From the NCBI GenBank assembly GCA_965203515.1, contig OZ241907.1, positions 3,328,001-3,392,000 on the forward strand: a stretch of DNA of 64,000 nucleotides, read 5' to 3'. The stretch is from Spirochaetia bacterium (GTDB lineage Bacteria > Spirochaetota > Spirochaetia > SZUA-6 > Bin103). Below the pieces are notes generated by a model. The model made no database searches and had not been told where the DNA came from. It saw only the letters and a list, made by a program, of their open reading frames with translations. Of this stretch, positions 37,168 to 47,167 are shown in pieces (within the stretch, counting starts at the first letter, position 1; every line of letters begins with the position of its first letter). The translations under genes and the position numbers were made by a program.

Positions 37168-37835
37168 GCGCCCGACCGGCCGGCCGGCCGGTCTTCCGGC
37201 GCCGGGTCGGCGGTGCGCGCCGCGAACGCGTTCCAGGCGTCGCCGAGCGCCATGGTCCGGCTGAACACGTCCGACAGCGCGTCCCACATCCGTTCGCGGG
37301 CGGCGGCAGCCGCCCGCTCGTCCCCGGCCGCCACCGCCTGCAGGTAGCGGTCCGCCGCCGCCCGCTGGACGGAGCCGGCGGCGGCGGCCGATTCCGCCAG
37401 CGCCGCGGCCGCCGCCGCATGGCGGCCGGCCAGCTCGGTCGTGCGGGTTGCGCGGTCGGCCGGCTCGTCGTAGGAGCCGGACGGCATGAACCGCGGCGGC
37501 ATCTTCGTGCCGTCCTCGTTCCAGAAGGTGTGGGTCGGCTGCACGTGCGGGGTAACCGACAGGAACATGATCACCTCTTCGTCGCCGGCGTTGCGCACGG
37601 TGTGGTACTGATCGGCCAGAGCGATGCAGAACTGACCGGGGCCAAGGGTGGCGCGCTGCCCGTCGACCTCGAACTCCGCCTGCCCCTGCAGCACCAGGAA
37701 GATCTCGTGGCCCAGGTCATGGGTATGGCCGGCGTTGCACTGGCCGACCTCCATCTTGAGAAACCGGCAGCGGATCTGCGGCGTCACCAGCACGTTGGCG
37801 ATGTCGGTGCGGAAATCGTAGACTTTGAGGCTCAT
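37164..37835 (-). CDS. Cupin domain protein with helical C-terminal extension
   Basis: HTHDLGHEIFLVLQG and DQYHTVRN cupin motifs. Confidence 0.82.
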   Translation of the reverse strand: MSLKVYDFRTDIANVLVTPQIRCRFLKMEVGQCNAGHTHDLGHEIFLVLQGQAEFEVDGQRATLGPGQFCIALADQYHTVRNAGDEEVIMFLSVTPHVQPTHTFWNEDGTKMPPRFMPSGSYDEPADRATRTTELAGRHAAAAAALAESAAAAGSVQRAAADRYLQAVAAGDERAAAAARERMWDALSDVFSRTMALGDAWNAFAARTADPAPEDRPAGRSGA

Positions 37836-37864
37836 ACGCGCCGGTAGCGTGGCTGCAACGCGCC

Positions 37865-38335
37865 ATGTTTGGCAAGATGCGCCGCATGGAGTTCCAGCGA
37901 TACTTCTCTCGAGCCGACGCGGTTCGCACGCTGCCGCTGGTCAAGCGAATCGTGGCCGACATCCTGGACACCGGGCGCAGCCTGCGGCACTACCTGCAAC
38001 AGGCCGCTCCACGGCATGCCCGCGTGACGGCTGCCGCCGGGGCGACGCTCGGCGAACAGCGCCGCGCCGCCGAACGCCTGTGGGACGAAGACCCGACCAT
38101 TCAGGAGCATCGCGCCGCCCTGCTGGAGTATCTGGCCGAGCTGGACTCGATAGGCTGCCTCTACAAGGACTGGAACTTCGACCTGGGCCTGATCGACTTC
38201 CCGGCGATCGTCGACGGCGAGCAGGTATTCCTGTGCTGGCGCAGCGACGAGCCGGAGCTGGCCTTCTACCACCGTATCGAGGACGGCTACGCCGGCCGCC
38301 GGCCCCTGCCGCCCGACTGGACCGGGGAGCGGTAG
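37865..38335 (+). CDS. DUF2203 domain protein
   Basis: KDW...GLIDFPA...VFLCW...E....FYH....GYAGRRP signature. Start may be 37886. Confidence 0.85.
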   Translation: MFGKMRRMEFQRYFSRADAVRTLPLVKRIVADILDTGRSLRHYLQQAAPRHARVTAAAGATLGEQRRAAERLWDEDPTIQEHRAALLEYLAELDSIGCLYKDWNFDLGLIDFPAIVDGEQVFLCWRSDEPELAFYHRIEDGYAGRRPLPPDWTGER

Positions 38336-38336
38336 C

Positions 38337-39002
38337 CTATTTCCGGCGCGCCGAGCGGACGAACGACAGGGCGGCGGCGACGCGGGCGGCGATCCGGCCG
38401 TAGGCGGCCTGCCGGCGGTCCGCCTCCGGAAAGAGGGCGCTGCCGATGCCCACCGCGCAGGCGCCGGCGCCCAGCCACGCGCCGATGCTCTCCGCCGATA
38501 CCGCCACCCCGCCGGTCGGCAGGATGCTGGTCCACGGCATCGGCCCGCGCACCGCGCGTACGAACTCCGGGCCGCCGACCGTGCCGGGGAACACCTTGAC
38601 GATTTCCGCCCCCAGCTCCTCGGCGCGGCCGATTTCCCCGGGGGTCATGCAGCCGGGGATATAGGGCACCTTGCGCCGGTTGCAGAGGCGCGCGGTCGCC
38701 TCGTCCAGGGAAGGGCTGACGATGAACCGCGCTCCGGCGGAGATGTAGTGCGCGGCGGTCGGCGCATCCATGATCGACCCCGCGCCGATCCACACGCCGC
38801 TGTCGCGCAGGCGCCCGACGACGGCCGCGAACGCGGCAAGCGCGCCGGGACCGCGGTCGGTCAGCTCCACCACGCGCGCGCCGCCTTCGACGCAGGCGGC
38901 GGCGAGCCGGCCGGCCGCCTCCAGGTCCGGCTCATGGAAGAGCGGCACCACGCCGGTCTCGTGGATCGCCGCATAGCAGCGCAGGCGATCGCTCACCGCC
39001 AC
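38337..39002 (-). CDS. eda: KDPG/KHG aldolase
   Basis: VELT.R, IGAGSI, GARFIVSP, PGCMTPGEI, VKVFPG, PTGGV; follows uxaC. Confidence 0.88.
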   Translation of the reverse strand: MAVSDRLRCYAAIHETGVVPLFHEPDLEAAGRLAAACVEGGARVVELTDRGPGALAAFAAVVGRLRDSGVWIGAGSIMDAPTAAHYISAGARFIVSPSLDEATARLCNRRKVPYIPGCMTPGEIGRAEELGAEIVKVFPGTVGGPEFVRAVRGPMPWTSILPTGGVAVSAESIGAWLGAGACAVGIGSALFPEADRRQAAYGRIAARVAAALSFVRSARRK

Positions 39003-39003
39003 G

Positions 39004-40437
39004 TCAGGACCCGATCCCGAAGTAGCGCTCGGCGTTGCCGTAGCAGATGTCGGCGACGATGCCGCCGAGCAGCTCGAAGTCGGCCGGCAGCAGCCCGCGT
39101 TCGATCTCGTCGCCCAGGATGCCGCACAGCAGCCGGCGAAAGTAATCGTGCCGAGGATAGGAAAGGAAGCTCCGCGAGTCGGTCACCATGCCGACGAAGC
39201 AGCTCAGCAGGCCGCTGTTCGACAGCGCATCGATCTGGCGCGTCATGCCGCCGATCTGATCGTTGAACCACCAGGCGGTCCCGAACTGCATGCGGCCGCG
39301 TACGGCCCTGCCGTGCGGATCAGTGCCCTGGAAGTTGCCGACCATCGCTGCGAACAGATCATTCTGCGCCGGGTCCAGGTTGTAGAGGATCGTCTTGGGC
39401 AGCTTGCCGGCCTGTTCCAGCCGGTCGAAGAACCGCGCCATCGACCGCGCCGGCGGCGGGTCGCCGATCGAATCGTAGCCGGCATCGCGGCCGAGCGCCT
39501 CGAACCCGCGCCGGTTGGTGTTGCGCAGCGCCCCCAGGTGGAACTGCTGCACCCAGCCGGCATCGGCGTCCATGCGCGCCATCTCGTAGAGGACCGCCGA
39601 GCGGTACTTGCGCGCCGCTTCCGGCTCGGCAGCCTGCCCCTGCACGGCCTCCCGAAAGGTCCGCTCGACCGCCCGCGCCGTGTACGGCTCGGCATCCAGC
39701 GCCTCCAGCCCGTGATCGGACACCCGGCAGCCGGCGGCGTGGAAGTCCGCGTGGCGCTCGGCCAGGGCGGCGAGCATGCCGTCGTAGTCGACGATCTCCC
39801 TGCCGACGCGCTCTCCCAGGTCGACCAGCCAACCGTTCAGCCGCTCCGGGTCGTCGGCGGCCAGGGCGTGATCGGCGCGAAAGCCCGGCACCACCGTGCA
39901 CGGCGCGCCCGACCGGCGGATGCGCTCGTGGTGCTCCAGGCTGTCGGCCGGGTCGTCGGTGGTGCAGACGACCCGCACGTTCATCATGCGCAACAGCCCG
40001 TGCGTGCGCAGCTCCGGCTGCCGCAGCCGCTCGTTGCAGGCGCGGTAGATCGGCTCGGCCGTCGCCGGCGACAGCAGGTCGCGCACCTCGAACGGTCTGC
40101 GCAGCTCCATGTGCGTCCAGTGGTAGAGCGGGTTGCGCACGGTGTACGGCACCGTATCCGCCCACGCCGCGAACTTCTCGTAGTCGCCGGCATCGCCGGT
40201 GATCAGCCGCTCGTCGACCCCGAGCGCCCGCATGGCGCGCCACTTGTAGTGGTCGCCGGCCAGCCAGATCTGCGTGATGGTCGGAAAGTCGCGGTTGTCG
40301 GCGATCTCCCGCACCGGCAGGTGGCAGTGGTAGTCGAAGATCGGCTGGCCGGCCGCGTACTCGCGGTACAGCCGGCGCGCCGACTCGTTCGGCAGCAGGA
40401 AGTCGGGTCCAAGGAACGGTTCGGCCATGGCGGACAT
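39004..40437 (-). CDS. uxaC: Glucuronate (uronate) isomerase
   Basis: PIFDYHCHL, GDHYKWRAMR, NPLYHWTHMEL, AWWFND, GMVTDSRSFLSYPRHDYFRR. Start is 40437 or 40428. Confidence 0.96.
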   Translation of the reverse strand: MSAMAEPFLGPDFLLPNESARRLYREYAAGQPIFDYHCHLPVREIADNRDFPTITQIWLAGDHYKWRAMRALGVDERLITGDAGDYEKFAAWADTVPYTVRNPLYHWTHMELRRPFEVRDLLSPATAEPIYRACNERLRQPELRTHGLLRMMNVRVVCTTDDPADSLEHHERIRRSGAPCTVVPGFRADHALAADDPERLNGWLVDLGERVGREIVDYDGMLAALAERHADFHAAGCRVSDHGLEALDAEPYTARAVERTFREAVQGQAAEPEAARKYRSAVLYEMARMDADAGWVQQFHLGALRNTNRRGFEALGRDAGYDSIGDPPPARSMARFFDRLEQAGKLPKTILYNLDPAQNDLFAAMVGNFQGTDPHGRAVRGRMQFGTAWWFNDQIGGMTRQIDALSNSGLLSCFVGMVTDSRSFLSYPRHDYFRRLLCGILGDEIERGLLPADFELLGGIVADICYGNAERYFGIGS

Positions 40438-40495
40438 CGGCGCCGATGATAGCCGCTTGAGTCGCCGCCCGCCATTCTCATAGTAGGGTGTCGCC

Positions 40496-41662
40496 GTGGG
40501 CCGGATCGAAATCGAGCGCTTCGCCAACACCGATGCCGGCGGGCGCGCCCGGCTGCGCGCTTTCGTCGACTTCCACTGGAGCCACTACCGCGGCGACCCG
40601 CAGTACGTTCCGCTGCTCGACTTCGAGTACCTGGGCTTCCGGCTGCTGGGGATCGACGGCTACTTCGAGCCGCGTTCGCTGTTCCTCCGGCACGCGGCGA
40701 TCGCCTTCTTCATCGCCTACGGCGACCGGCGCCGGCCGGTCGGGCGCTGCATCGCCTACGTCAACGACGACCACAACGCCCACTGGAACGAACGGACCGG
40801 CTTCTTCGGCTGCTTCGAGTCGGTCGACGACCAGGAGGTGACCGACCGTCTGCTGCAGGCGGCCGCCGGCTGGCTGCGCGAGCGCGGCATGCAGGCGATG
40901 CGCGGGCCGCAGAACCTGCCGGTCAACCAGGCCACGCCGGGCGTGCTGACCGAGGGGTTCGATTCCCGTCCGGTCATCTACTACCACTACAACAAGCCGT
41001 ACTACCTGGCCCTGCTGAGCGCCGCCGGCCTGCGCCCCGTCAAACGGGTCCGCTCCTATGAGGTGCCGGTGCACGCGCCCATGGAGCCGAAGCTGCAGCG
41101 AGTGGCGGAGATCGTCCGCAAGCGCGGCGGCGTGGTGTTCGAGACCTGGGGCGAGCGGCCGCTCGCGGAGCGCAAGGAGGAGATGCTCGATATCTACAAC
41201 GACGCATGGAACGACAACTGGGGCTTCGTCCCGTACCGCGCCGAGGAGTTCTTCAAGGTGATCGACGACGAGCAGCTCATCGTCGACCGCGGCCAGTTCT
41301 CGATCGCCTACTGGCAGGGCGAGCCGGCCGCCTTCTTCGGCGGTGTCCCCAACATCCTGGACCGCATGCGGCCGTCACGGCCCTTCCCGCGTTTCGAGCT
41401 GTGGCGGGCGGCGCGCATGCTGGTCACCAGGCGCAGCATCAAGGGGCTGCGTCTGGGCTACCTGGGCGTGAAGAAGAAGTTCCGCAACCGCGGACTGGAG
41501 GGGCTGCTGCTCTGGAAGCAGAAGCTCTACACCCAGCAGCACGACTACCGGTACTGCGACATCGGCTACGTGCTGGAGGACAACGCCCCGGTGCTGAGCA
41601 TGCTGGAGATGATGAACGCCGCGCCGTCGAAGACCTACACGATCCTGGAGATGCCGCTGTAG
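40496..41662 (+). CDS. GNAT-fold protein (YghO-like N-acetyltransferase family)
   Basis: VGRCIA, GFFGCFESVDD, YNKPYY, YNDAWNDNWGFVP, LGVKKKFRNRG, VLEDN. Confidence 0.8.
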   Translation: MGRIEIERFANTDAGGRARLRAFVDFHWSHYRGDPQYVPLLDFEYLGFRLLGIDGYFEPRSLFLRHAAIAFFIAYGDRRRPVGRCIAYVNDDHNAHWNERTGFFGCFESVDDQEVTDRLLQAAAGWLRERGMQAMRGPQNLPVNQATPGVLTEGFDSRPVIYYHYNKPYYLALLSAAGLRPVKRVRSYEVPVHAPMEPKLQRVAEIVRKRGGVVFETWGERPLAERKEEMLDIYNDAWNDNWGFVPYRAEEFFKVIDDEQLIVDRGQFSIAYWQGEPAAFFGGVPNILDRMRPSRPFPRFELWRAARMLVTRRSIKGLRLGYLGVKKKFRNRGLEGLLLWKQKLYTQQHDYRYCDIGYVLEDNAPVLSMLEMMNAAPSKTYTILEMPL

Positions 41663-41773
41663 CGCGGCGGCGCGGCGGTCGATCCGGGCCGTGTTCCAGC
41701 GGGGGCGCCGCGAATGGTCCGCTTCGGGCGGACGGTGGAAGTCGCGCTGCTACGGGCGTCCGGCTCGCTACCG

Positions 41774-43216
41774 CTAGTTTCTCGAAAACTCCACGGACGG
41801 CGCTGACGTGTAGCCGCGGCCGCCGTCTGTCACCGTTACGCCTGTCACCGCGCCGCCCGATACGGTGGCATACCCGCTGGCACCGCCGCCGCCGCCGCCG
41901 CTGAACGACACGGTTGGCGCTGACGTGTAGCCGCTGCCGCCGTTCGTGACCGTCACGCCTGTCACCCTGCCCGGCGCCTCAAACGTCACGGACGGCGCCG
42001 ACGTTAAGCCGCCTTTGCTGATCAAGATCGTCACGCCTGTCACCGTGCCGCCCGATATGGTGGCAGTAGCTAGTGCGGCAGGACTGTCAACGCCACCGCC
42101 GCTGAACTGCACGCGCGGCTCCGAGGTGTAGCCGCTGCCGCCGTTCGTGACCGTCACGCCTGTGACCACATTTCCCGACTGCGCCGTAAACGTCACGGTC
42201 GGTGCCGAGGTGTAGCCGCGGCCGCCGCCAAAGAGCGTCACGCCCGTCACCGCGCCGCCCGATACGGTGGCATACCCGCTGGCACCGTCGCCGCCGCCGC
42301 CGCTGAACGACACGGTTGGCGCTGACGTGTAGCCGCTGCCGCCGTTCGTGATCGGCACGCCCGTCACCGCGCCGGCGACGATGGCAGTAGCGGCGGCGCC
42401 GGAACCGCCGCCGCCGCTGAACGACACGGTCGGCGCCGACGTGTAGCCCGCGCCGGGAGACAGGATTCCTACTCTATTCACCCGGACCGTGTCGATGCTG
42501 GCAGTAGCCTCGGCATCGACACCGCCCGACGGCGGCGAGGAAATCGCCACGAACGGCGCCGAGGTGTAGCCGCTGCCGCCGTCCGTGACCGTGACGCCCG
42601 TTACCGCGCCGCCCGATACGGTGGCGGTAGCGGCGGCGCCGGAACCGCCGCCGCCGACGAACCCCACCGCCGGCGCCGAGGTGTAGCCACTGCCGCCGAC
42701 CCCGACCGTCACGCCTGTCACCTCGGCGCCGATAAAGGCAGTAGCGGCGGCGCCGGAACCGCCGCCGCCGTTGAACGCCACGGATGGCGCCGAGGTGTAG
42801 CCGCTGCCGCCGTTCGTGACTATCACGCCTGTCACTATCATCCTTCCGATGGTGGCAGTAGCGGCGGCGCCGGAACCGCCGCCGCCGGCGCCGATGGTGG
42901 CGGTTCCGGCTGCGCGGGTACCGGCGCTGATGGTGGCAGTAGCGGTTGCGTCGCGGGGGCCGCCGCCCCCGCCTCCTCCGCCACTCGGTATTGTCGGCGC
43001 CGGCGTTGCTGGTTCGGTCGGGGTAGGCGTTGCAGGTCCGTCGGGGTCGGTGTTGCTGGGTTCGGTCGGCGCCGATGCGCTCGGCTCGGCTACCGGGTTT
43101 GGGCAGGCCAATAGCACGGTAATGACCACGCAGACGAGTAGGGCGGAGACGATTGTTCCGCGCACGGCGCGCGCTTTATCTTTATCGGTCGTCGTACCGA
43201 GTCTACGCGTCTCCAT
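41774..43216 (-). CDS. Lipoprotein with Pro/Thr linker and ten Gly-rich 'VTGVTVTNGGSGYTSAP' repeats
   Basis: Hydrophobic signal ending LLAC-PNP; repeats visible in both DNA and protein. Start is 43216 or GTG 43165. Confidence 0.8.
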   Translation of the reverse strand: METRRLGTTTDKDKARAVRGTIVSALLVCVVITVLLACPNPVAEPSASAPTEPSNTDPDGPATPTPTEPATPAPTIPSGGGGGGGGPRDATATATISAGTRAAGTATIGAGGGGSGAAATATIGRMIVTGVIVTNGGSGYTSAPSVAFNGGGGSGAAATAFIGAEVTGVTVGVGGSGYTSAPAVGFVGGGGSGAAATATVSGGAVTGVTVTDGGSGYTSAPFVAISSPPSGGVDAEATASIDTVRVNRVGILSPGAGYTSAPTVSFSGGGGSGAAATAIVAGAVTGVPITNGGSGYTSAPTVSFSGGGGDGASGYATVSGGAVTGVTLFGGGRGYTSAPTVTFTAQSGNVVTGVTVTNGGSGYTSEPRVQFSGGGVDSPAALATATISGGTVTGVTILISKGGLTSAPSVTFEAPGRVTGVTVTNGGSGYTSAPTVSFSGGGGGGASGYATVSGGAVTGVTVTDGGRGYTSAPSVEFSRN

Positions 43217-44228
43217 CCCATACCTCCTCGAACAGCCGCAGCCAGTTGCCGCCCATCACCTTGACGATATCGTCCGGCGCATAGCCGCGCTCGGCCAACG
43301 CCGCGGCCAGATTTGGCATCTCTCGCGGCGTCTCCAACCCCTGCGGGTACATCCGCATCGTCGTGTAGTCGACCTGGGGCTCCACGAATGTCGACGGAAA
43401 CTTCGTCCCCTGTTGCGAGGAGATGAAGCGCCAGAACCGGCGCGGCTGGTCCTGGGTGAAGTCGGACCCGAAGCCGACGTGGTCGATGCCGGCCCGCTCT
43501 ACCAGGTCGTCGATCGCCTCCACCAGGTCGCCCAGGGTCGACGCCTGCCCGTTGCGCAGGAAGCTGGTGATCGCCGTGGCGCCGATCACGCCGCCGCGCG
43601 CCGCGCAGGCGCGCACCGCCTCGTCGGTCTTGTTGCGCGGCACGTCGTAGTAGCCGCGGCAGTTGGCGTGCGTGATCGCCACCGGCCGCGTCGAGCGCTC
43701 GATCACGTCCAGGGTGGTGCGCGGCCCCACGTGCGACAGGTCGGCCAGGATCCCGAGCCGGTTCATCTCCCGCACCGCGTCGCGCCCGAAGTTGGTCAGA
43801 CCGGCGTCGTGCGCCTCGTAGCAACCGGCGCCCAGCAGGTTCTGCTCGTGGTAGGTGACCTGGATGACGCGCACGCCCAGGTCCGCGAACAGCTCCAGCC
43901 GGCGCAGGTCGTTCTCTATCGGGCTGGCGTTCTGGAAGCTCAGGATGATGCCGACCCGGCCTTCCGCCTTGGCGGCGTGGATATCGGCGACCGATCGCAC
44001 CGGCCGGATCTGCGACGAGCGCTCGCGAAAGCGTTCGTACCAGGAGGCGACCGCGTCGGCGGTCTCCACGAATCCTTCCCAGGTGGCCACGGTGGCGCTG
44101 ACGGCGGTCAGGCCGCCGGCGCACAGGTCGGCGAACACGCCGTCGCTGTGCCAGTTGCTGACGTTGAGCGAGTCGATGGCGATCGAGCGCCGATACAGAT
44201 CGGCTACCGCTTCCCGGCTCATGCGCAC
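43203..44228 (-). CDS. Membrane dipeptidase (peptidase M19)
   Basis: GLTNFGRDAVREMNRLGILADLSHV, THAN, RNKTDE, HVGFGSDF, KVMGGNWLR. Confidence 0.88.
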   Translation of the reverse strand: MRMSREAVADLYRRSIAIDSLNVSNWHSDGVFADLCAGGLTAVSATVATWEGFVETADAVASWYERFRERSSQIRPVRSVADIHAAKAEGRVGIILSFQNASPIENDLRRLELFADLGVRVIQVTYHEQNLLGAGCYEAHDAGLTNFGRDAVREMNRLGILADLSHVGPRTTLDVIERSTRPVAITHANCRGYYDVPRNKTDEAVRACAARGGVIGATAITSFLRNGQASTLGDLVEAIDDLVERAGIDHVGFGSDFTQDQPRRFWRFISSQQGTKFPSTFVEPQVDYTTMRMYPQGLETPREMPNLAAALAERGYAPDDIVKVMGGNWLRLFEEVWDGDA

Positions 44229-44283
44229 GGGTCGAGTCTGTCGGAATCGCCGCGCCGGCGCAAGTCCGACCGACGCTACCGGG

Positions 44284-44910
44284 CTACGTGGACGGGAAGT
44301 GTCCGTTGCCGCGCACGGCCCGGTTCTTCCGGCGTTCGTCGCTCTGCTCCAGCAGTCGCTCCTTGAGGGCCGCCTCCGCGGCGAGCAGCCGCTGCTCGGC
44401 GCTGGTGAGCTCCAGCAGGCGCTGCTTCTTCGCCAGCGGCAGGTCGCTGTAGTAGGCGACGTAGTAGGAGATCACCTCGGTGGAGACCCGTTCCAGGTCG
44501 GCCACCGGCAGGTGGCCGGGGGTCGACTCGTAGAGGTCCTGGAACAGGTGCAGACAGCGCAACTTGATCTCCGGCCGCTCGCCGGCCGGCCGGTCGGAGA
44601 AGAAGCGGACCGCCCCCTGCAAATATGCCTTGTCGTGCTGCAGGCGGGCGATCCGAAAGCGGCGCCGGCCGATCGTCAGGATGTCCATGCGGCCGTCTTC
44701 GTAGCGGCGGATCTCCCTGGCCACCCGGGCCGTGCAGCCAACGCTGGCGACCGTATTGTCGTCGGCGCACAACACTCCGAACTCGCCCTTGGCGGCGATC
44801 ACGTTTCCGATCATCTCCTTGTAGCGCTCCTCGAAGATGTGCAGCGGCAGCGCCGTGTCGGGAAACAGCACGACCTTGAGGGGAAACAGCGGCAGGAGTT
44901 GCTCAGCCAT
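44284..44910 (-). CDS. Lon protease N-terminal substrate-binding domain protein (stand-alone)
   Basis: LPLFPL..VLFP...LPLHIFEERYKEMI, VGCTA, DGRMDI...GRRRFRI. Confidence 0.9.
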   Translation of the reverse strand: MAEQLLPLFPLKVVLFPDTALPLHIFEERYKEMIGNVIAAKGEFGVLCADDNTVASVGCTARVAREIRRYEDGRMDILTIGRRRFRIARLQHDKAYLQGAVRFFSDRPAGERPEIKLRCLHLFQDLYESTPGHLPVADLERVSTEVISYYVAYYSDLPLAKKQRLLELTSAEQRLLAAEAALKERLLEQSDERRKNRAVRGNGHFPST

Positions 44911-45925
44911 CGCGCGTTGCCCGTACCGCGCCGTCCCGGCAGCGGCGCGCCATCTCCGTCGCGAAGTACGTCAGGACGATGTCGGCGCCGGCCCGCTTGA
45001 TGGCGGTGATCGATTCCGCCATCGCCCGATCGCGGTCGATCCAGCCGGCGGCGGCGGCCGCCTCGATCATCGCGTACTCCCCGGAAACCTGATAGGCGGC
45101 GACCGGCACGTCGACCGCCGCCCGGACCGCGGCGAGGACGTCCAGGTACGGCAGCGCCGGCTTGACCATGACGATGTCGGCGCCCTCGGCGACGTCGAGG
45201 CGCACCTCCCGCAGCGCGTCGCGCCGGTTGGCGGGATCGACCTGATAGGTCTTCTTGTCGCCGGCGCGCGGGGCGGAGTCGAGCGCCTCCCGGAACGGCC
45301 CGTAGAAGCACGATGCGTACTTGGCGGAGTAGGCCAGTATCCCGACCTCCAGGTGGCCGGCCCGGTCGAGCGCGTCACGGATATAGCCGATCCGCCCGTC
45401 CATCATGTCGGACGGCGCCACCAGATCGGCGCCCGCTTCCGCCTGGCAGAGCGCCATGTCGGCCAGGATCGGCAGCGTCTGATCGTTGTCGATGCGCTCG
45501 GCGATCACCAGCCCGTCGTGACCGTCGCTGGAGTACGGGTCCATCGCCACGTCGGTGATGACCAGCAGGTGCGGATGGGCGTGCTTGAGGGCGCGCACCG
45601 CCTGCGGAACCAGGCCGTCGGGATTCATCGCCTCGCCGGCCCGCGGGTCCTTCCGATCATCGGCGATTGCGGGGAACAACGCGACCGCCGGAACGCCGGC
45701 GGCGAACGCCTGGCCCGCCTCCGCGATCAGGGTGTCGATCGACAGGCGATGGCGGCCCGGCATCGCCGCGATCGGATCGCGAACGCCGGCGCCCTCGATC
45801 ACGAACAGCGGCAACGCCAAGTCGGACGGCCGCACCTCGGTCTGGCGCACCAGACGGCGGATTCCCTCGGTTTGCCGGTTGCGGCGCGGCCGAATCGGCA
45901 ACGTGAGGGAGGCCAAACGGCTCAA
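44903..45925 (-). CDS. hemB: Porphobilinogen synthase (ALA dehydratase)
   Basis: RPRRNR, APSDMMDGRI, YSAKYAS.FYGPFREA, MVKPALPYLD, AYQVSGEYAM. Confidence 0.97.
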   Translation of the reverse strand: MSRLASLTLPIRPRRNRQTEGIRRLVRQTEVRPSDLALPLFVIEGAGVRDPIAAMPGRHRLSIDTLIAEAGQAFAAGVPAVALFPAIADDRKDPRAGEAMNPDGLVPQAVRALKHAHPHLLVITDVAMDPYSSDGHDGLVIAERIDNDQTLPILADMALCQAEAGADLVAPSDMMDGRIGYIRDALDRAGHLEVGILAYSAKYASCFYGPFREALDSAPRAGDKKTYQVDPANRRDALREVRLDVAEGADIVMVKPALPYLDVLAAVRAAVDVPVAAYQVSGEYAMIEAAAAAGWIDRDRAMAESITAIKRAGADIVLTYFATEMARRCRDGAVRATRDG

Positions 45926-47043
45926 CCGCCTCCGGCCGCGCTCCGCGCCGCCCGCACCGCGGCCGGCTGGGAGTCTCCGCGCGTTTCTCGTGAAAAGATG
46001 CGCAGCGAGCGGTCGGCCAGCGGCAACTCCACGCGGATGCCGCCGCGGCGGTGCGATTCACGCATGGCCACGGCGATTTCCAGCGCGTGCAGCGCGTCGG
46101 CTCCGCTGCAGTTCGGCTCCTTGCCGGTCTCGATGCAGGCGAGAAGGTCGCGCACCGCGCGCACGTTGGGGCTTTCGACCGCAGGTGGATTGGGGAAGAG
46201 CTGCTGGGCGGGTTCTTCGCGCCGGCCTTCGAGGCTGGACGTATGGAGCTTGTAGAAGGCGATTTCCTGCGCGTCGGCCAGCGCGTGCAGGCGCCCGCAG
46301 GTGCCGGTCACCTCGAACTGCCAGTTCGCCGCGCCGCACGGCATCATGCGCACGAACGCCTGCACGCCGTTGTCGTAGTCCAGGTAGCCGTTGCCCCGCA
46401 GGTCTTCGTCGCCGGTCGCGGTCTCGTCATCCACGTGACCGAACACCGACCGCGCGCGGCCGCCGGCCAGCCGGTTGGTGAGGGCGAGCAGGTGGCTGCC
46501 GTTGTGCGAGATGAATGCTTCGCCCTGGCTGACGACCTGCAGCAGGTCGCCGAGTTCGCCGGCGTCGACCAGCGCGCGCATGCGTTCATAGTGCGCGGAC
46601 CAATTGCGGGAGCAGCCGACCGCCAACGCGATCCCCGCCGTCCGGCAGGCGGCCACCATCCGGTCGCCCTCCGCGAGGGAGATGCACAATGGCTTCTCCG
46701 CCCAGATCGCCTTGAGGCCGCGCGGAGCGCCCAACTCCACGACGTCGAGCAGGACGTCGGCGCGGGGCCGGGCCGACGTGCAGATGCTCACCAGGTCGGG
46801 ACGCTCCCGCTCCACCATCTCCCGGTAGTCGGCATAGAGCGTCTCCATACCCCACTTCGCCCGGTAGGCGGCGCGCTGCCCTGCATGCGGGTCAGCGCCG
46901 GCTACGACCTCGACCCCGGCCGCCCGGTAGCTCGGCGTATGCGCCCACGGCTTCGCGTGATGGGTCCACGCGCGCTGCTCGTCGTCGATCGTGCTGCCCA
47001 TGCGACCCAATCCGATCACCGCTGCGCGGTAGCGTCCGTTCAC
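45922..47043 (-). CDS. Gfo/Idh/MocA family oxidoreductase
   Basis: AVIGLGRMG, IWAEKP, HNGSH; GGAGGGAG RBS. Confidence 0.88.
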   Translation of the reverse strand: MNGRYRAAVIGLGRMGSTIDDEQRAWTHHAKPWAHTPSYRAAGVEVVAGADPHAGQRAAYRAKWGMETLYADYREMVERERPDLVSICTSARPRADVLLDVVELGAPRGLKAIWAEKPLCISLAEGDRMVAACRTAGIALAVGCSRNWSAHYERMRALVDAGELGDLLQVVSQGEAFISHNGSHLLALTNRLAGGRARSVFGHVDDETATGDEDLRGNGYLDYDNGVQAFVRMMPCGAANWQFEVTGTCGRLHALADAQEIAFYKLHTSSLEGRREEPAQQLFPNPPAVESPNVRAVRDLLACIETGKEPNCSGADALHALEIAVAMRESHRRGGIRVELPLADRSLRIFSRETRGDSQPAAVRAARSAAGGG

Positions 47044-47167
47044 GATCTCCCTCCGTCTACGTCAGCGGTGTCGTCGATCCTGTTCATGGGCTTCGAGAGC
47101 TCTTCTACCGTGAACGCCATGCCTTTGCCCGCCTCGACCTGAGACGGTACCGTGATCATTTGGCACA

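Noticed and set aside
41774..43216. Prophage
   Set aside because: A single repeat gene with a lipoprotein signal; no other phage genes or integrase nearby.
47040..47159. 39-aa minus-strand ORF MITVPSQVEAGKGMAFTVEELSKPMNRIDDTADVDGGRS overlapping the Gfo start
   Set aside because: No RBS or recognisable motif. It could be a leader peptide or gene remnant but cannot be supported.
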